The notes below the pieces were generated by a model. That model was not told the DNA's origin. It did not search any database and worked only from the letters and a program-made list of their open reading frames with translations. From the IMG/VR virus record IMGVR_UViG_3300022173_000339, positions 1 through 62,453 of that record: a stretch of 62,453 nt of DNA; one strand, given 5' to 3'. Below, piece after piece: positions 8,875 to 16,926 of this stretch; position 1 is the first letter of the stretch; each line of letters begins with the position of its first letter. The position numbers and the translations under genes were made by a program. This DNA comes from a virus (taxonomy: Duplodnaviria > Caudoviricetes).

Positions 8875-9648
8875 TTATGCGGCGGGTTCCGGCGCCTGCT
8901 TCTCCAGACCTTCCTCGATGAGGTAGACCTGGTTCTCCACGTCATTGACGACCAAGACCGCATACTGGTCGAAGGCCTTGCGGATCGCGTCGGCGACCGT
9001 GTCGAGGATGACGGTGTCGACGCCTCTGATCTCGACGGCGAAGGACTTCTCGTTGAAGAGCTTCATCTTCCCCGTCCGAGGGTCCCGGCCGTGGTAGCGG
9101 CCCTGGAACAGGTTGCCCATGGAGTAGGCGGGGATCACGCGGTCGTCGTCCGACATCTCCGGCGGTCGCAGGCTCTTCTCCACAGTGTCAATCGTGGTCT
9201 CGACCTTGGTCGACCGCGTGAAATAGCGTTGGATGAAGCTGTCGATCGTCGACTTGATCTGATCGAGCAGGCTGCCGCCGCCCTGGACGTTCACGTCGGC
9301 GGAGACCACGATGGTGCCGCCGCTCTTGAGCACGGTCTTCCTGAACGTGTTCGCCGACTTCTCGATCGCATTGGCCATGAGCGCCCATTCCTGGGCCTGC
9401 TGCGCCGTCGCCGGGGCGAACTCGACTTCGCCGCTGGCGCCACGCTTGCCGATGTAGCGGGCGAATACCGCCGACTCGTTCTCGGCCGAGTTCCTGACGA
9501 AGCCGCTGACGCGCAGGGCCATGAGACCGCGCGGACCGGCCAGACCCGCGAGATAGCGGAGCTTGTCCTTGCGGTCGGGAACGTCGAAGAACCCGGCTCG
9601 GTTCACGCCCCCTCTCTTGGTCCAGAAGTCGAAAAGTCCCATGGTCAT
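8875..9648 (-). CDS. putative SAM lyase (T3 SAMase-like fold) with N-terminal extension
   Basis: IVVSAD...GRY...NEKSFAV...VADAIRKAFDQYAVLV parallels the T3 SAMase motifs recalled from memory. The CDS is solid; the function is tentative. Confidence 0.5.
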   Translation of the reverse strand: MTMGLFDFWTKRGGVNRAGFFDVPDRKDKLRYLAGLAGPRGLMALRVSGFVRNSAENESAVFARYIGKRGASGEVEFAPATAQQAQEWALMANAIEKSANTFRKTVLKSGGTIVVSADVNVQGGGSLLDQIKSTIDSFIQRYFTRSTKVETTIDTVEKSLRPPEMSDDDRVIPAYSMGNLFQGRYHGRDPRTGKMKLFNEKSFAVEIRGVDTVILDTVADAIRKAFDQYAVLVVNDVENQVYLIEEGLEKQAPEPAA

Positions 9649-9676
9649 CTCCCCTTCATGTAGATTCTACAACACG

Positions 9677-10144
9677 TCACGGCGTCAGCGGACTCTTGTC
9701 GTTCGTGGCCTCGGCGAGCAGGTGGCTCTGGCGGATCACGTCGTCTCCTGCCTTGGTCACGACCAGCGTCGTCGGTATCACCTCGTCGATGTAGCGCGTC
9801 CCCTTGTGGCGCGCGAGGTAGCCCTCCTGGACGAGGAAGTCGATCATCGGCACCTCATAGTCGAAGAGCTTGAGCAGCAGGCTCCGTTCGTGGACGTGGC
9901 CGCCGCCGGTGTTGATCACGACCTTGCCGCCCCAGGCCCCCTGTCGCCCCATGCCGCCGACAGAGATCGTGGTCCCGGCCGGTTCGAGGCTGAAGGTCTT
10001 GACCGTCTTGAGCGCGCGGATCACGCGGCGGTTGGTGATCACCGGGTGGGTCTCGCACATGGCGATCTTCACCGGCTTGTAGTCCATCTGATACCACTGC
10101 GTGTTCGACTTCATGAGCTTGACGCACGCTCTGCACATATCCAT
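9677..10144 (-). CDS. hypothetical protein
   Basis: Packed in the operon; GAGGGG SD. Confidence 0.65.
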   Translation of the reverse strand: MDMCRACVKLMKSNTQWYQMDYKPVKIAMCETHPVITNRRVIRALKTVKTFSLEPAGTTISVGGMGRQGAWGGKVVINTGGGHVHERSLLLKLFDYEVPMIDFLVQEGYLARHKGTRYIDEVIPTTLVVTKAGDDVIRQSHLLAEATNDKSPLTP

Positions 10145-10148
10145 AGGC

Positions 10149-10997
10149 CTAGGACCCCCTCTTGAGCAGCGTGCAGTGGGAGGCGAGCACGACGCCCGAC
10201 TTCCCCGCGATCTTGAGCATCGGCTCCTTCGACGACGGGATGCCCTCGGGGTAGACCTCGATCACCAGCCCCTTGTGCTGGAAGTCGGCGTCGTCCTTCA
10301 TCGACTTGTAGCCGACCTCGTCGTTGATCGTGAACCCAGCGGCCGAGGTCTCGGAGATCGGCGGCACCGTGGCCTCGGTCTCCTTCTTCGGCAGAGGTTT
10401 GAGCTTGGGCTTGCTCGCCCGCTCCTCCTCGGTCTCCCACGCGATAGGCTTGAACACGCGCTGGCCGCGCATCTCCGCCTTGACGAAGACGTAGACGCCT
10501 TTGCCCAGGTCGCGGAACAGGCCGTAGACCTTCCAGTCGCAGGCCTTGTCGTCCTCCACGAGCTTGGCCTTCTTCCCTTTGCCTTTGGTCACCATCCTCT
10601 TGATGCCGGAGTCGCAGGCGTAGGGGTCACGCGACGCGCCGTCGCAGGCCGGGCAGCGGAAGCCGAAACCGGCGACGGACTTGTGCAGGTCCTCGACCAC
10701 GTCGAAGACCTTGACGCTGTCTCCCTCTATCAGGGGAAGCTCAGCGTCCTGGTAGAAGTTCATATACCAGTAGCTGCGCTGCTTCTCCCAGGAGTCGAGG
10801 ATCGCGACCTGGCTCAGGCCGGTCTTCTCCGCGTAGTGCTTGGCCCGGGCCAGGGCCCAGATCAGCTTCTCGGTGTAGTCGTGGAACCCGGGCGACTTCT
10901 TCTCGTCCTCGTCCACGGCCGCCTTCAGCTTCTTGTAGCCCTCGGAGTTCGCGATCTCGTCCGACACGATCGGGTCCGGCGTCTTTGTTCTGGTCAT
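10149..10997 (-). CDS. conserved phage hypothetical zinc-binding protein
   Basis: RAKHYAEKTG, WEKQRSYWYMNFYQ, FRCPAC, CDSG, CDWKVYGLF: a pattern recalled from other phage hypotheticals. Confidence 0.75.
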   Translation of the reverse strand: MTRTKTPDPIVSDEIANSEGYKKLKAAVDEDEKKSPGFHDYTEKLIWALARAKHYAEKTGLSQVAILDSWEKQRSYWYMNFYQDAELPLIEGDSVKVFDVVEDLHKSVAGFGFRCPACDGASRDPYACDSGIKRMVTKGKGKKAKLVEDDKACDWKVYGLFRDLGKGVYVFVKAEMRGQRVFKPIAWETEEERASKPKLKPLPKKETEATVPPISETSAAGFTINDEVGYKSMKDDADFQHKGLVIEVYPEGIPSSKEPMLKIAGKSGVVLASHCTLLKRGS

Positions 10998-11575
10998 CAG
11001 GCCCCCGCCGTAGTGGTCTTCGACGCCTTCTTCGCCTTGTTGGCGGCCGTGGCCTTGGCCAGCAGGCTCTTGACGCGGTCTTGATTCTCGGGCTTCTGCG
11101 TCCAGTGGAGCCCGCGCTTCTTCCGCATCTCATCCTTGTGCTTGCGCTTCTTGGCCGACGCCAGCCCGCCCTGGCGCGCGATCTCCCGGCGCTTCTCCGG
11201 GTCGAGGCGGGCCAGGTAGGGCTTCTTCTTGCCGCCCCGACCCTTGGCCGCCTCGTTCGGCGTCAGCGGGTGCTTGACGCTGCCGAAGCCGCGCTTGTTG
11301 AACGGCCTGGGGTTGGACTTCAACTGGTCGACGCCGGTGAGCACGATCTTATCGCCCGCGATGCTGAGGTAGAGGTGCGCGTGGCCGACGGCGGCCACCC
11401 GGTGGCACAGTTCCTTCAGCTTCTCGCGCTTGTTCGCGACGAGCGCGCGCTCCACCTGCTTCGACGTGAGTCTCCGGCTCTGCTTCTTGAACCTGACAAC
11501 GGCCTCGGCGCTGATGCCCTTGGACTTCAGGAACTTCAGCACGTCGGCGGCCGACAACTTCGGTTTTTCGATCAT
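10997..11575 (-). CDS. highly basic protein with KGG (stress-induced)-like motif
   Basis: LDPEKRREIARQGGLAS; Lys/Arg-rich; CAGGGAG SD before the ATG at 11575. Confidence 0.7.
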   Translation of the reverse strand: MIEKPKLSAADVLKFLKSKGISAEAVVRFKKQSRRLTSKQVERALVANKREKLKELCHRVAAVGHAHLYLSIAGDKIVLTGVDQLKSNPRPFNKRGFGSVKHPLTPNEAAKGRGGKKKPYLARLDPEKRREIARQGGLASAKKRKHKDEMRKKRGLHWTQKPENQDRVKSLLAKATAANKAKKASKTTTAGA

Positions 11576-11606
11576 AGTCGCTCCCTGCGATCTTATTGAC
11601 GGCATA

Positions 11607-12077
11607 TTATTTCCGGTCCTTCCAGCGAGCCAGGCGCTCGTCGATCAGCTTCTGATAGACCTCGGCGGGGATCATGATCTTGTCGCTGAACGTCTGAGCC
11701 TCGTCCGACTTGCAGAAGCGGTTGACGCTCTTGGTGCACGGATAGCACCGGTGGCGCCACTCGTGGTGATCGATCTTCTTGCGCTTGTCCTTGGGGTTCA
11801 CCGTCTTCCACGAGGCCCGGTAGTGTGTGTCACGGCCCTGGGTCTCGTGGGCGCCGTGGACGGCGCAGACTGTCCAGGAGATCAGGACCCACTTCAGGGC
11901 CTCCAGGTCCTCGGGCATCACGCGGGCGCAGCGGGCGCAGAGTCCACGCTCGTCGAGTAGGTAGCTGCACGCCTCGCAGTTCTTTCCAGGGACGTGGTGG
12001 CAGTTCAGGCACTCGCCGCTCGGCCCGATGTTGGCCGATCCGCACATTGTGCAGGTCTTGGCGATCTTAGTCGTCAC
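11607..12077 (-). CDS. multi-zinc-finger hypothetical protein
   Basis: GTG start with AGGAGG SD; CTMC, CLNC, CEAC, CARC, CAVH, CYPC. Confidence 0.7.
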   Translation of the reverse strand: MTTKIAKTCTMCGSANIGPSGECLNCHHVPGKNCEACSYLLDERGLCARCARVMPEDLEALKWVLISWTVCAVHGAHETQGRDTHYRASWKTVNPKDKRKKIDHHEWRHRCYPCTKSVNRFCKSDEAQTFSDKIMIPAEVYQKLIDERLARWKDRK

Positions 12078-12649
12078 AGGCCAGCCTCCTTGAGCGCGGC
12101 CTTGATCTCCTGCCACTTCTCGTCGTCGTAGCCGAGGAGTCTGTTCGGGTCCCGCTTCCAGCCCTTCTTCTTCGCGAAGTCGTCGGCGAAGGCCCGGCGC
12201 TTGGCCACCCGCTCCTTGCGCTCGTTCTCGACGCGCTCCTCGGCCACGATCTCGGCGTAGACCTCGCGCTGGACCTCGTGGAGGTCGAGCCCGGCCATCT
12301 TCGCCAGATGGCTGAGGTAGCCGAGGACGGTGCGCGCGTCGTCTTTCCCGAGCAGGTTGTAGAGGTAGCTCTCGGAGAAGAACGGGGCGTCCTCATCACC
12401 CTTGGAATAGCCCCCGCTGCTCTTGAAGCCGCGCAGCGGGGCGCCAGCCAGCTTCAGGCGCAGGAGCTTCTTGAACGTGGCCTTCATGTCCTCCGGCGTC
12501 GTGACGTATTCGGAGGAGATGATGATCGCGTCCTTGGGCAGGGTTCGATCGACCTGCCTGGTATCGTATTCCAGGTTGGGGTGGAAGTCGCCGGGGTCCT
12601 CCCCCTTCGGCGTCGCGAGCGGCACTTCGATGACGAGGCGCATTCTCAT
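12074..12649 (-). CDS. hypothetical protein
   Basis: AGGGG SD; coupled to the next gene; SESYLYNLLGK motif. Confidence 0.7.
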   Translation of the reverse strand: MRMRLVIEVPLATPKGEDPGDFHPNLEYDTRQVDRTLPKDAIIISSEYVTTPEDMKATFKKLLRLKLAGAPLRGFKSSGGYSKGDEDAPFFSESYLYNLLGKDDARTVLGYLSHLAKMAGLDLHEVQREVYAEIVAEERVENERKERVAKRRAFADDFAKKKGWKRDPNRLLGYDDEKWQEIKAALKEAGL

Positions 12650-12650
12650 A

Positions 12651-13346
12651 TTATTCCCCTTCCTTTTTCGGCTGCGCTTCAAGCCCGAGGAGCTTCGCCG
12701 CGCTCGCTCCCTTCAGGGCTTCGAGGCCCGTGCGCTGGACGGCCGCGTTGATAAAGCCCTCGACCTCGGCCTTAGCTTGGCCGACCACGCCAACCACGCT
12801 CTCGTCGAACTGGTCGAGGAGGAAGGTCGAGTGGTTCTCGATCTTGCCGACCAGGCTCGTGGTCAATTCGACGAGGCGCTTCTTCTCCTCGACGTTGAGG
12901 GCACCCTTCTTCGCGATGATGGCGTCGACCTCGGCCATGGTCGTGCTCAACTGCTTCTTCCACTTGGCGATGTCGTCGCGGAACTTGTCGACGATCTTGG
13001 CGGACTCTACTTTGGTGTCCGGCAGAGGCGGAGTCCGCTTGCCGTTGATGTGGCCGATCGTGACGGGGACTCCGTCGCCCTGGTTCATCGTCGTCAGCAA
13101 CTGAGCGAACTGGTGCTCGGTCATGTCGACGCGGATGATCTCGTTCGTGCCCATGAAATGATCGGAGCCGAGCCGGTGATAGACCTCGGCGCCGGTGATC
13201 GTCAGACTGATGATGTTCATGCTGTCGATGCTGCTGCCGAACAGGCGGTTCTTCTTCCTGAGGCCGCCGACGCTGACGCGGCTGAACACGGCCATGCCGT
13301 AGGCGGGGTGGGTCTCACGGCTGTCGATGTCGTCGTTGGCGCTCAT
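12651..13346 (-). CDS. conserved phage hypothetical protein
   Basis: HPAYG...SRVS...LFGSSI...QFAQLLTTMNQGDGVPVTI pattern followed by a helical C-terminus. Confidence 0.75.
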   Translation of the reverse strand: MSANDDIDSRETHPAYGMAVFSRVSVGGLRKKNRLFGSSIDSMNIISLTITGAEVYHRLGSDHFMGTNEIIRVDMTEHQFAQLLTTMNQGDGVPVTIGHINGKRTPPLPDTKVESAKIVDKFRDDIAKWKKQLSTTMAEVDAIIAKKGALNVEEKKRLVELTTSLVGKIENHSTFLLDQFDESVVGVVGQAKAEVEGFINAAVQRTGLEALKGASAAKLLGLEAQPKKEGE

Positions 13347-13972
13347 ATTTTAGGCTCCCAAACCAGCTTGTAGTCCTCTTCCGTCTTGTATCCGTCGCGC
13401 GCCGCCCAGATGCCGATCTTGGTCGCGACCTTGTTGCCCACGGTGCCGCCACCGGTCCAGTGCTGGTTGGCCCAGCTTACGGTCTCGTGGCTGCCGAGCA
13501 AGTTGTTGATCATGCTGACGGCCTTCTTCTTCGACGGGGCGGCGATCAGCAGGTCGATCCCGCGATGGCTCTCGCCCCGCTTGAAGCCCTTGAGCAGCTT
13601 GTTCGCGCTGTAGACCGTGGCCGACCAGATGCTGAATTTGTGCCTCGCACCGGCCTCCTCCTCAAAGATGCGGGCGATCGAGTAGGCAAAGGTGATGCGG
13701 ACGTTGTCGGTCCTGCACACGTCCCACGGGTCCTGGTCGAGACGGGCCCCGGCTTCGACCCCGGCCATTATCCTGGCCTTGGCCTTGTCGAGGAAGGGCA
13801 GGTGCTTCTCCAGCTTCACGAACTCCATGTATTTCTTGACCGCCTGCCCGCCGATCTCTTCGGCCGCGCGCTTCACGTCGGTCTCGAAGCCGAGGGTGCT
13901 CTCCGCCTCGGCGTAGAGTTGGAGGAGGCTGAGCATCAGGTCCTTGATGTTCATCGTCAGATTGTTCGCCAT
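13343..13972 (-). CDS. hypothetical protein
   Basis: AGGAG SD; stop overlaps the next start. Confidence 0.7.
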   Translation of the reverse strand: MANNLTMNIKDLMLSLLQLYAEAESTLGFETDVKRAAEEIGGQAVKKYMEFVKLEKHLPFLDKAKARIMAGVEAGARLDQDPWDVCRTDNVRITFAYSIARIFEEEAGARHKFSIWSATVYSANKLLKGFKRGESHRGIDLLIAAPSKKKAVSMINNLLGSHETVSWANQHWTGGGTVGNKVATKIGIWAARDGYKTEEDYKLVWEPKI

Positions 13973-13973
13973 G

Positions 13974-14351
13974 TCACTTGCTCCTGCGCGGCTTCTTTGA
14001 GAACTTCTTCTCGCGATCCTCGATGATCTGGACGATGTCGCTGGCGGCCTGGATGCGAATGCCCTCGTTCCTTGATAGGGCCCACGGATCGCGTTTGATC
14101 TCCGCCTGCTCCCTGACGTAGACCTCGATCGCGGCCTGGGCCAGCGTCATGAACGGCATGAGTTTCTTCCGGTTGGCCAGGATCGCGTAGTTCTTCATCA
14201 CGCGCGTGGCGATGTCGATGGAGACGCGGCCGATCTCGCTGTCGAGATTGAGGTCCAGCTTCTGGTCGATATCGTCGCGCTTGCACGACTGGTAGTCGGC
14301 GAGAACGATCAGCACCTGGTCCTTCACCGACACCATCAGGTCGTTCGGCAT
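13974..14351 (-). CDS. hypothetical protein (MPNDLMVSVK...)
   Basis: GGGGG SD; packed in the operon. Confidence 0.65.
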   Translation of the reverse strand: MPNDLMVSVKDQVLIVLADYQSCKRDDIDQKLDLNLDSEIGRVSIDIATRVMKNYAILANRKKLMPFMTLAQAAIEVYVREQAEIKRDPWALSRNEGIRIQAASDIVQIIEDREKKFSKKPRRSK

Positions 14352-14352
14352 A

Positions 14353-14676
14353 TCAGTTCCCCCGCGCCGCCAGGCGCTCAAAATGTCTCTTCACCGCCGG
14401 GCTGTCGGGGCTGCATCGAATGCACTCCCAGCAGCAGCGTGTGCCGCAGATCGGGACGCAGCGGTGGCTACCGATCCGACAGAGGAAGGCGTCCCACCGA
14501 GCGTTCTGGGCGCGCCACTTCATCGGCAGGTTGAACCTCAGCCAGTCGAGGAACATGAGCAGCCAGAGCCCGAAGAGGACGGCGCCGAAGAGCCCGGCGG
14601 GCCACCCGTCGCGAGCCATGCTCACGGCGATCCCAAGCAGGATGCTTCCGATGACGGAGTGGACGCAGATCACCAC
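14353..14676 (-). CDS. small membrane protein with Cys-rich C-terminus
   Basis: Two hydrophobic segments, then CRIGSHRC...CCWECIRC. Confidence 0.6.
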   Translation of the reverse strand: MVICVHSVIGSILLGIAVSMARDGWPAGLFGAVLFGLWLLMFLDWLRFNLPMKWRAQNARWDAFLCRIGSHRCVPICGTRCCWECIRCSPDSPAVKRHFERLAARGN

Positions 14677-15242
14677 TTCTCCAGGAGCATCTTGGCTACC
14701 TCATCCAGCGGCTTGCCGGGGTAGCTGATCTTGATCTCGCTGACCGTGCCTTCGGTGTCCACCTTGATGTCGAACCAGGACCCAGAGTGATCCTTCCGGC
14801 TGATCGACACGAGGAAGGTCCCGGCGTCGCCGCTGTAGACGTTGCGGTCGCGGCCTGGGAAGAGGCGCGGGAGCGTCTTCTCCAGGGTCGTCTTGAAGTT
14901 TGCCTTCTCGCGGTCGCGCTCCTTGCGATCCCGGATGTATTTGATCGAGTCCTTCACGGCCGTCCGCACGGCCTCTAGGTTATCGAGCTTCACCATGACG
15001 AAGTGGCTGCCTCGCCCTGGGTGGTTGTTGCGCTCGATCTTCAGCTTGAAGCCGCTGAAGTATCCATACATCTTGTCTTTGATCGGCGTGACCTTGACGC
15101 TGACGCCGGAGCGTCTGTGGTAGAACTGGTCGAAGTAGTGGCTGGTCAGGTTGCTCTCGAAGCGCATCTTCTTGAACGTCGGCACCAGAGCCACGACCTG
15201 ACTCCTCAGTTCGTCCGCCAGCTTCTCTTTCGGAAAGCTCAT
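14670..15242 (-). CDS. hypothetical protein (MSFPKEKLAD...)
   Basis: TGATG coupling and GGAGG SD; C-terminal part of track ORF 14670..15497. Confidence 0.7.
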   Translation of the reverse strand: MSFPKEKLADELRSQVVALVPTFKKMRFESNLTSHYFDQFYHRRSGVSVKVTPIKDKMYGYFSGFKLKIERNNHPGRGSHFVMVKLDNLEAVRTAVKDSIKYIRDRKERDREKANFKTTLEKTLPRLFPGRDRNVYSGDAGTFLVSISRKDHSGSWFDIKVDTEGTVSEIKISYPGKPLDEVAKMLLEKW

Positions 15243-15667
15243 CAGTGAATCCTCCGCTCGGACAATATCGCCCGCTCCAGGTCGTCGCGCTCCGCGCCGA
15301 TCGGCATCAGTCTGAGCGCGGCCTCGGCGGCCTCCAGCAGCGTGGGCTCGCGGCGGGCGGGGACGAAGGTCGTGATCATGCCGGTCCGGCCGCGAGGCTC
15401 GGGCGCGGGCGTCATCTTCAGGTCCGGCAGCGTGCCGGGGACGGGCAGGCCCAAGAAGACGAAGTCGAAGGTGGTGAGCAGGTTGCGCGGCTGGCACGCG
15501 CCCCGGGTCCCGCGCTCGTCCATGTAGTAAAGGTAGGAGCCGAACTGGCTGACCGAGAACGAGTGGCGGTAGAAGTTAGTGCCGCGCATCACCGGCGTCA
15601 TGCCGATCGCGCGCTGGACCGCGATGTAATCCAGGGCCTGAGCCGCCGTCGTGATCTGGGTCGTCAC
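15242..15667 (-). CDS. hypothetical protein
   Basis: GTG start overlapping the upstream stop; TAAGGAG SD. Confidence 0.7.
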   Translation of the reverse strand: MTTQITTAAQALDYIAVQRAIGMTPVMRGTNFYRHSFSVSQFGSYLYYMDERGTRGACQPRNLLTTFDFVFLGLPVPGTLPDLKMTPAPEPRGRTGMITTFVPARREPTLLEAAEAALRLMPIGAERDDLERAILSERRIH

Positions 15668-15867
15668 TTCGCGTGCTCCTTATTGAGGAGGTCACGCAGC
15701 TTCGTCTCCTCCTCCGCCGTGAGCTTGATCCCCGCGATCATGTCGTTGTCGCCGATGGAGAGGGCGAGCGTCCCGTCCTTCTTCCGGCGCACGGTCATGC
15801 CGCGATCGACGGGCATCTCGTTGAGACCGCCGATGTCGAGGAGGAGAATACCGAGGTCGTTGTTCAT
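15664..15867 (-). CDS. small hypothetical protein, probably leaderless
   Basis: ATG 6 nt downstream of TATAAT; no SD. Confidence 0.65.
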   Translation of the reverse strand: MNNDLGILLLDIGGLNEMPVDRGMTVRRKKDGTLALSIGDNDMIAGIKLTAEEETKLRDLLNKEHAK

Positions 15868-15873
15868 GAAGTT

Positions 15874-15901
15874 ATTATAACAGACTAACAGCCGTTGTCA
15901 A
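15874..15901 (-). promoter_or_regulatory. consensus sigma70-type promoter (leftward)
   Basis: TTGACA (15901-15896), 16-nt spacer ending TGT, TATAAT (15879-15874), in an AT-rich island. Confidence 0.85.
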
Positions 15902-15928
15902 GACCCATGTTTATTTTTTCTCTGGGCC

Positions 15929-15957
15929 TTGACAGGATCGTGTTTGTCTGTTATACT
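15929..15957 (+). promoter_or_regulatory. consensus sigma70-type promoter (rightward)
   Basis: TTGACA (15929-15934), 17-nt spacer ending TGT, TATACT (15952-15957); AT tract upstream. Confidence 0.85.
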
Positions 15958-15986
15958 AAGAGTATGAACATGCAGCAAGGGGGCAA

Positions 15987-16211
15987 ATGGCCAAGCTGAA
16001 CTTTCTTCAGTCGAGCAAGGTGAAGCGGTTCCTTAACGAGCGCGGGATGAAGGTTCAGAAAGCCTATCTCCACGCGCTCGATCGAGAGGTCGGCGAACTC
16101 ATGTCGAAGCACGAGCGCATCGCCAAGGCCGACCGGCGCAAGACCGTCATGGTCGTCGACATCGACCTGCCCGCGAAGATCAAGGGCCTGGTCCGGGACC
16201 TCAAGCGATGA
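15987..16211 (+). CDS. bacterial-type histone-fold protein
   Basis: 74 aa, basic; SKVK helix 1, a long helix 2, and AKADRRKTVMVVDI (RKT-x4-D histone signature), resembling Bdellovibrio histone Bd0055 as recalled; AAGGGGG SD. Confidence 0.8.
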   Translation: MAKLNFLQSSKVKRFLNERGMKVQKAYLHALDREVGELMSKHERIAKADRRKTVMVVDIDLPAKIKGLVRDLKR

Positions 16212-16855
16212 GCGCCGACAAGACCTACTCATGGGAGAAGGGCCAGTTCAAGTGGCACTTCGGAATCCAGATCAAGCCCGAGGACCGCTGGCGCGTCGCG
16301 ACCGAGTTGGCCAAGCGCTTCGGGATCAAGGACCTGCGCGTCATGCTCGACCGGCGCGGAGGCGGCTCGGCCTACGTCATGGAGCGCCGCATCCGCCTCC
16401 CCACCCACCGGTATAGCTGCTCGCTCGGCCTGATCATCCACGAGATCGCCCACGTCTACGACTGGGTGCACTACGAGGGCAACGGCCACCGCGCGAGCTT
16501 CAAGAAGGCGATGATCAAGCTGTCGATCGAGACCCGCATGTATCGCTACCTCATCCCGATCTACGCCCAGATCAGGAAGGAGCGGGCGGAGTCGCGCGCC
16601 GCCTACAACGCCCGTGTCGAGCGCAGTCAGAGGGCGATGGCCGCCGCCGATCGCGCGGTCGGTCGCAAGATCGCGCTCAAGGCCGAGAAGAAGACGCCAG
16701 AGTATCGGCTGGCGTCGGCCAAGGCCAGGTCGAAGACTCTGGCGACGCGGATCAAGCGCCTCCAGACCGCGCAGAAGAAGGCCGATCGGCAGGTCCGGGC
16801 CCTGGAGCGCGTTGTGGCGAAGAAGCCCGAATTGGTAGAGTCTCCGGCCGCCTAG
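16208..16855 (+). CDS. SprT-like (zincin) metalloprotease with basic coiled-coil C-terminus
   Basis: GSAY...IRL...IIHEIAH...GHRASF; ATGA overlap with the histone stop. Confidence 0.75.
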   Translation: MSADKTYSWEKGQFKWHFGIQIKPEDRWRVATELAKRFGIKDLRVMLDRRGGGSAYVMERRIRLPTHRYSCSLGLIIHEIAHVYDWVHYEGNGHRASFKKAMIKLSIETRMYRYLIPIYAQIRKERAESRAAYNARVERSQRAMAAADRAVGRKIALKAEKKTPEYRLASAKARSKTLATRIKRLQTAQKKADRQVRALERVVAKKPELVESPAA

Positions 16856-16926
16856 GTCCCGTGGTATAACGGCTAGAACATCAGGTTGTCAACCTGGAGA
16901 CAGGGGTTCGATTCCCCTCGGGACCG
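16855..16926 (+). tRNA. tRNA-Asp (anticodon GTC), CCA not encoded
   Basis: Acceptor GGTCCCG/CGGGACC, discriminator G, anticodon arm TCAGG-TTGTCAA-CCTGG, T arm AGGGG-TTCGATT-CCCCT. Confidence 0.93.

Noticed and set aside
9649-9676. TGTAGAATCTACA palindrome or possible -10 element before the SAM-lyase-like gene
   Set aside because: No properly spaced -35 and only a 5-bp stem; insufficient support.
13974-14351. Faint acyl-carrier-protein resemblance (QVLIVLAD...LNLDSE)
   Set aside because: It lacks the GxDSL phosphopantetheine motif and the acidic character; too weak to call.
16889-16926. tRNA 3' end as a prophage att site
   Set aside because: No integrase and no second copy noticed in the window, and phage genes lie on both sides. 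It cannot be excluded outside the window.
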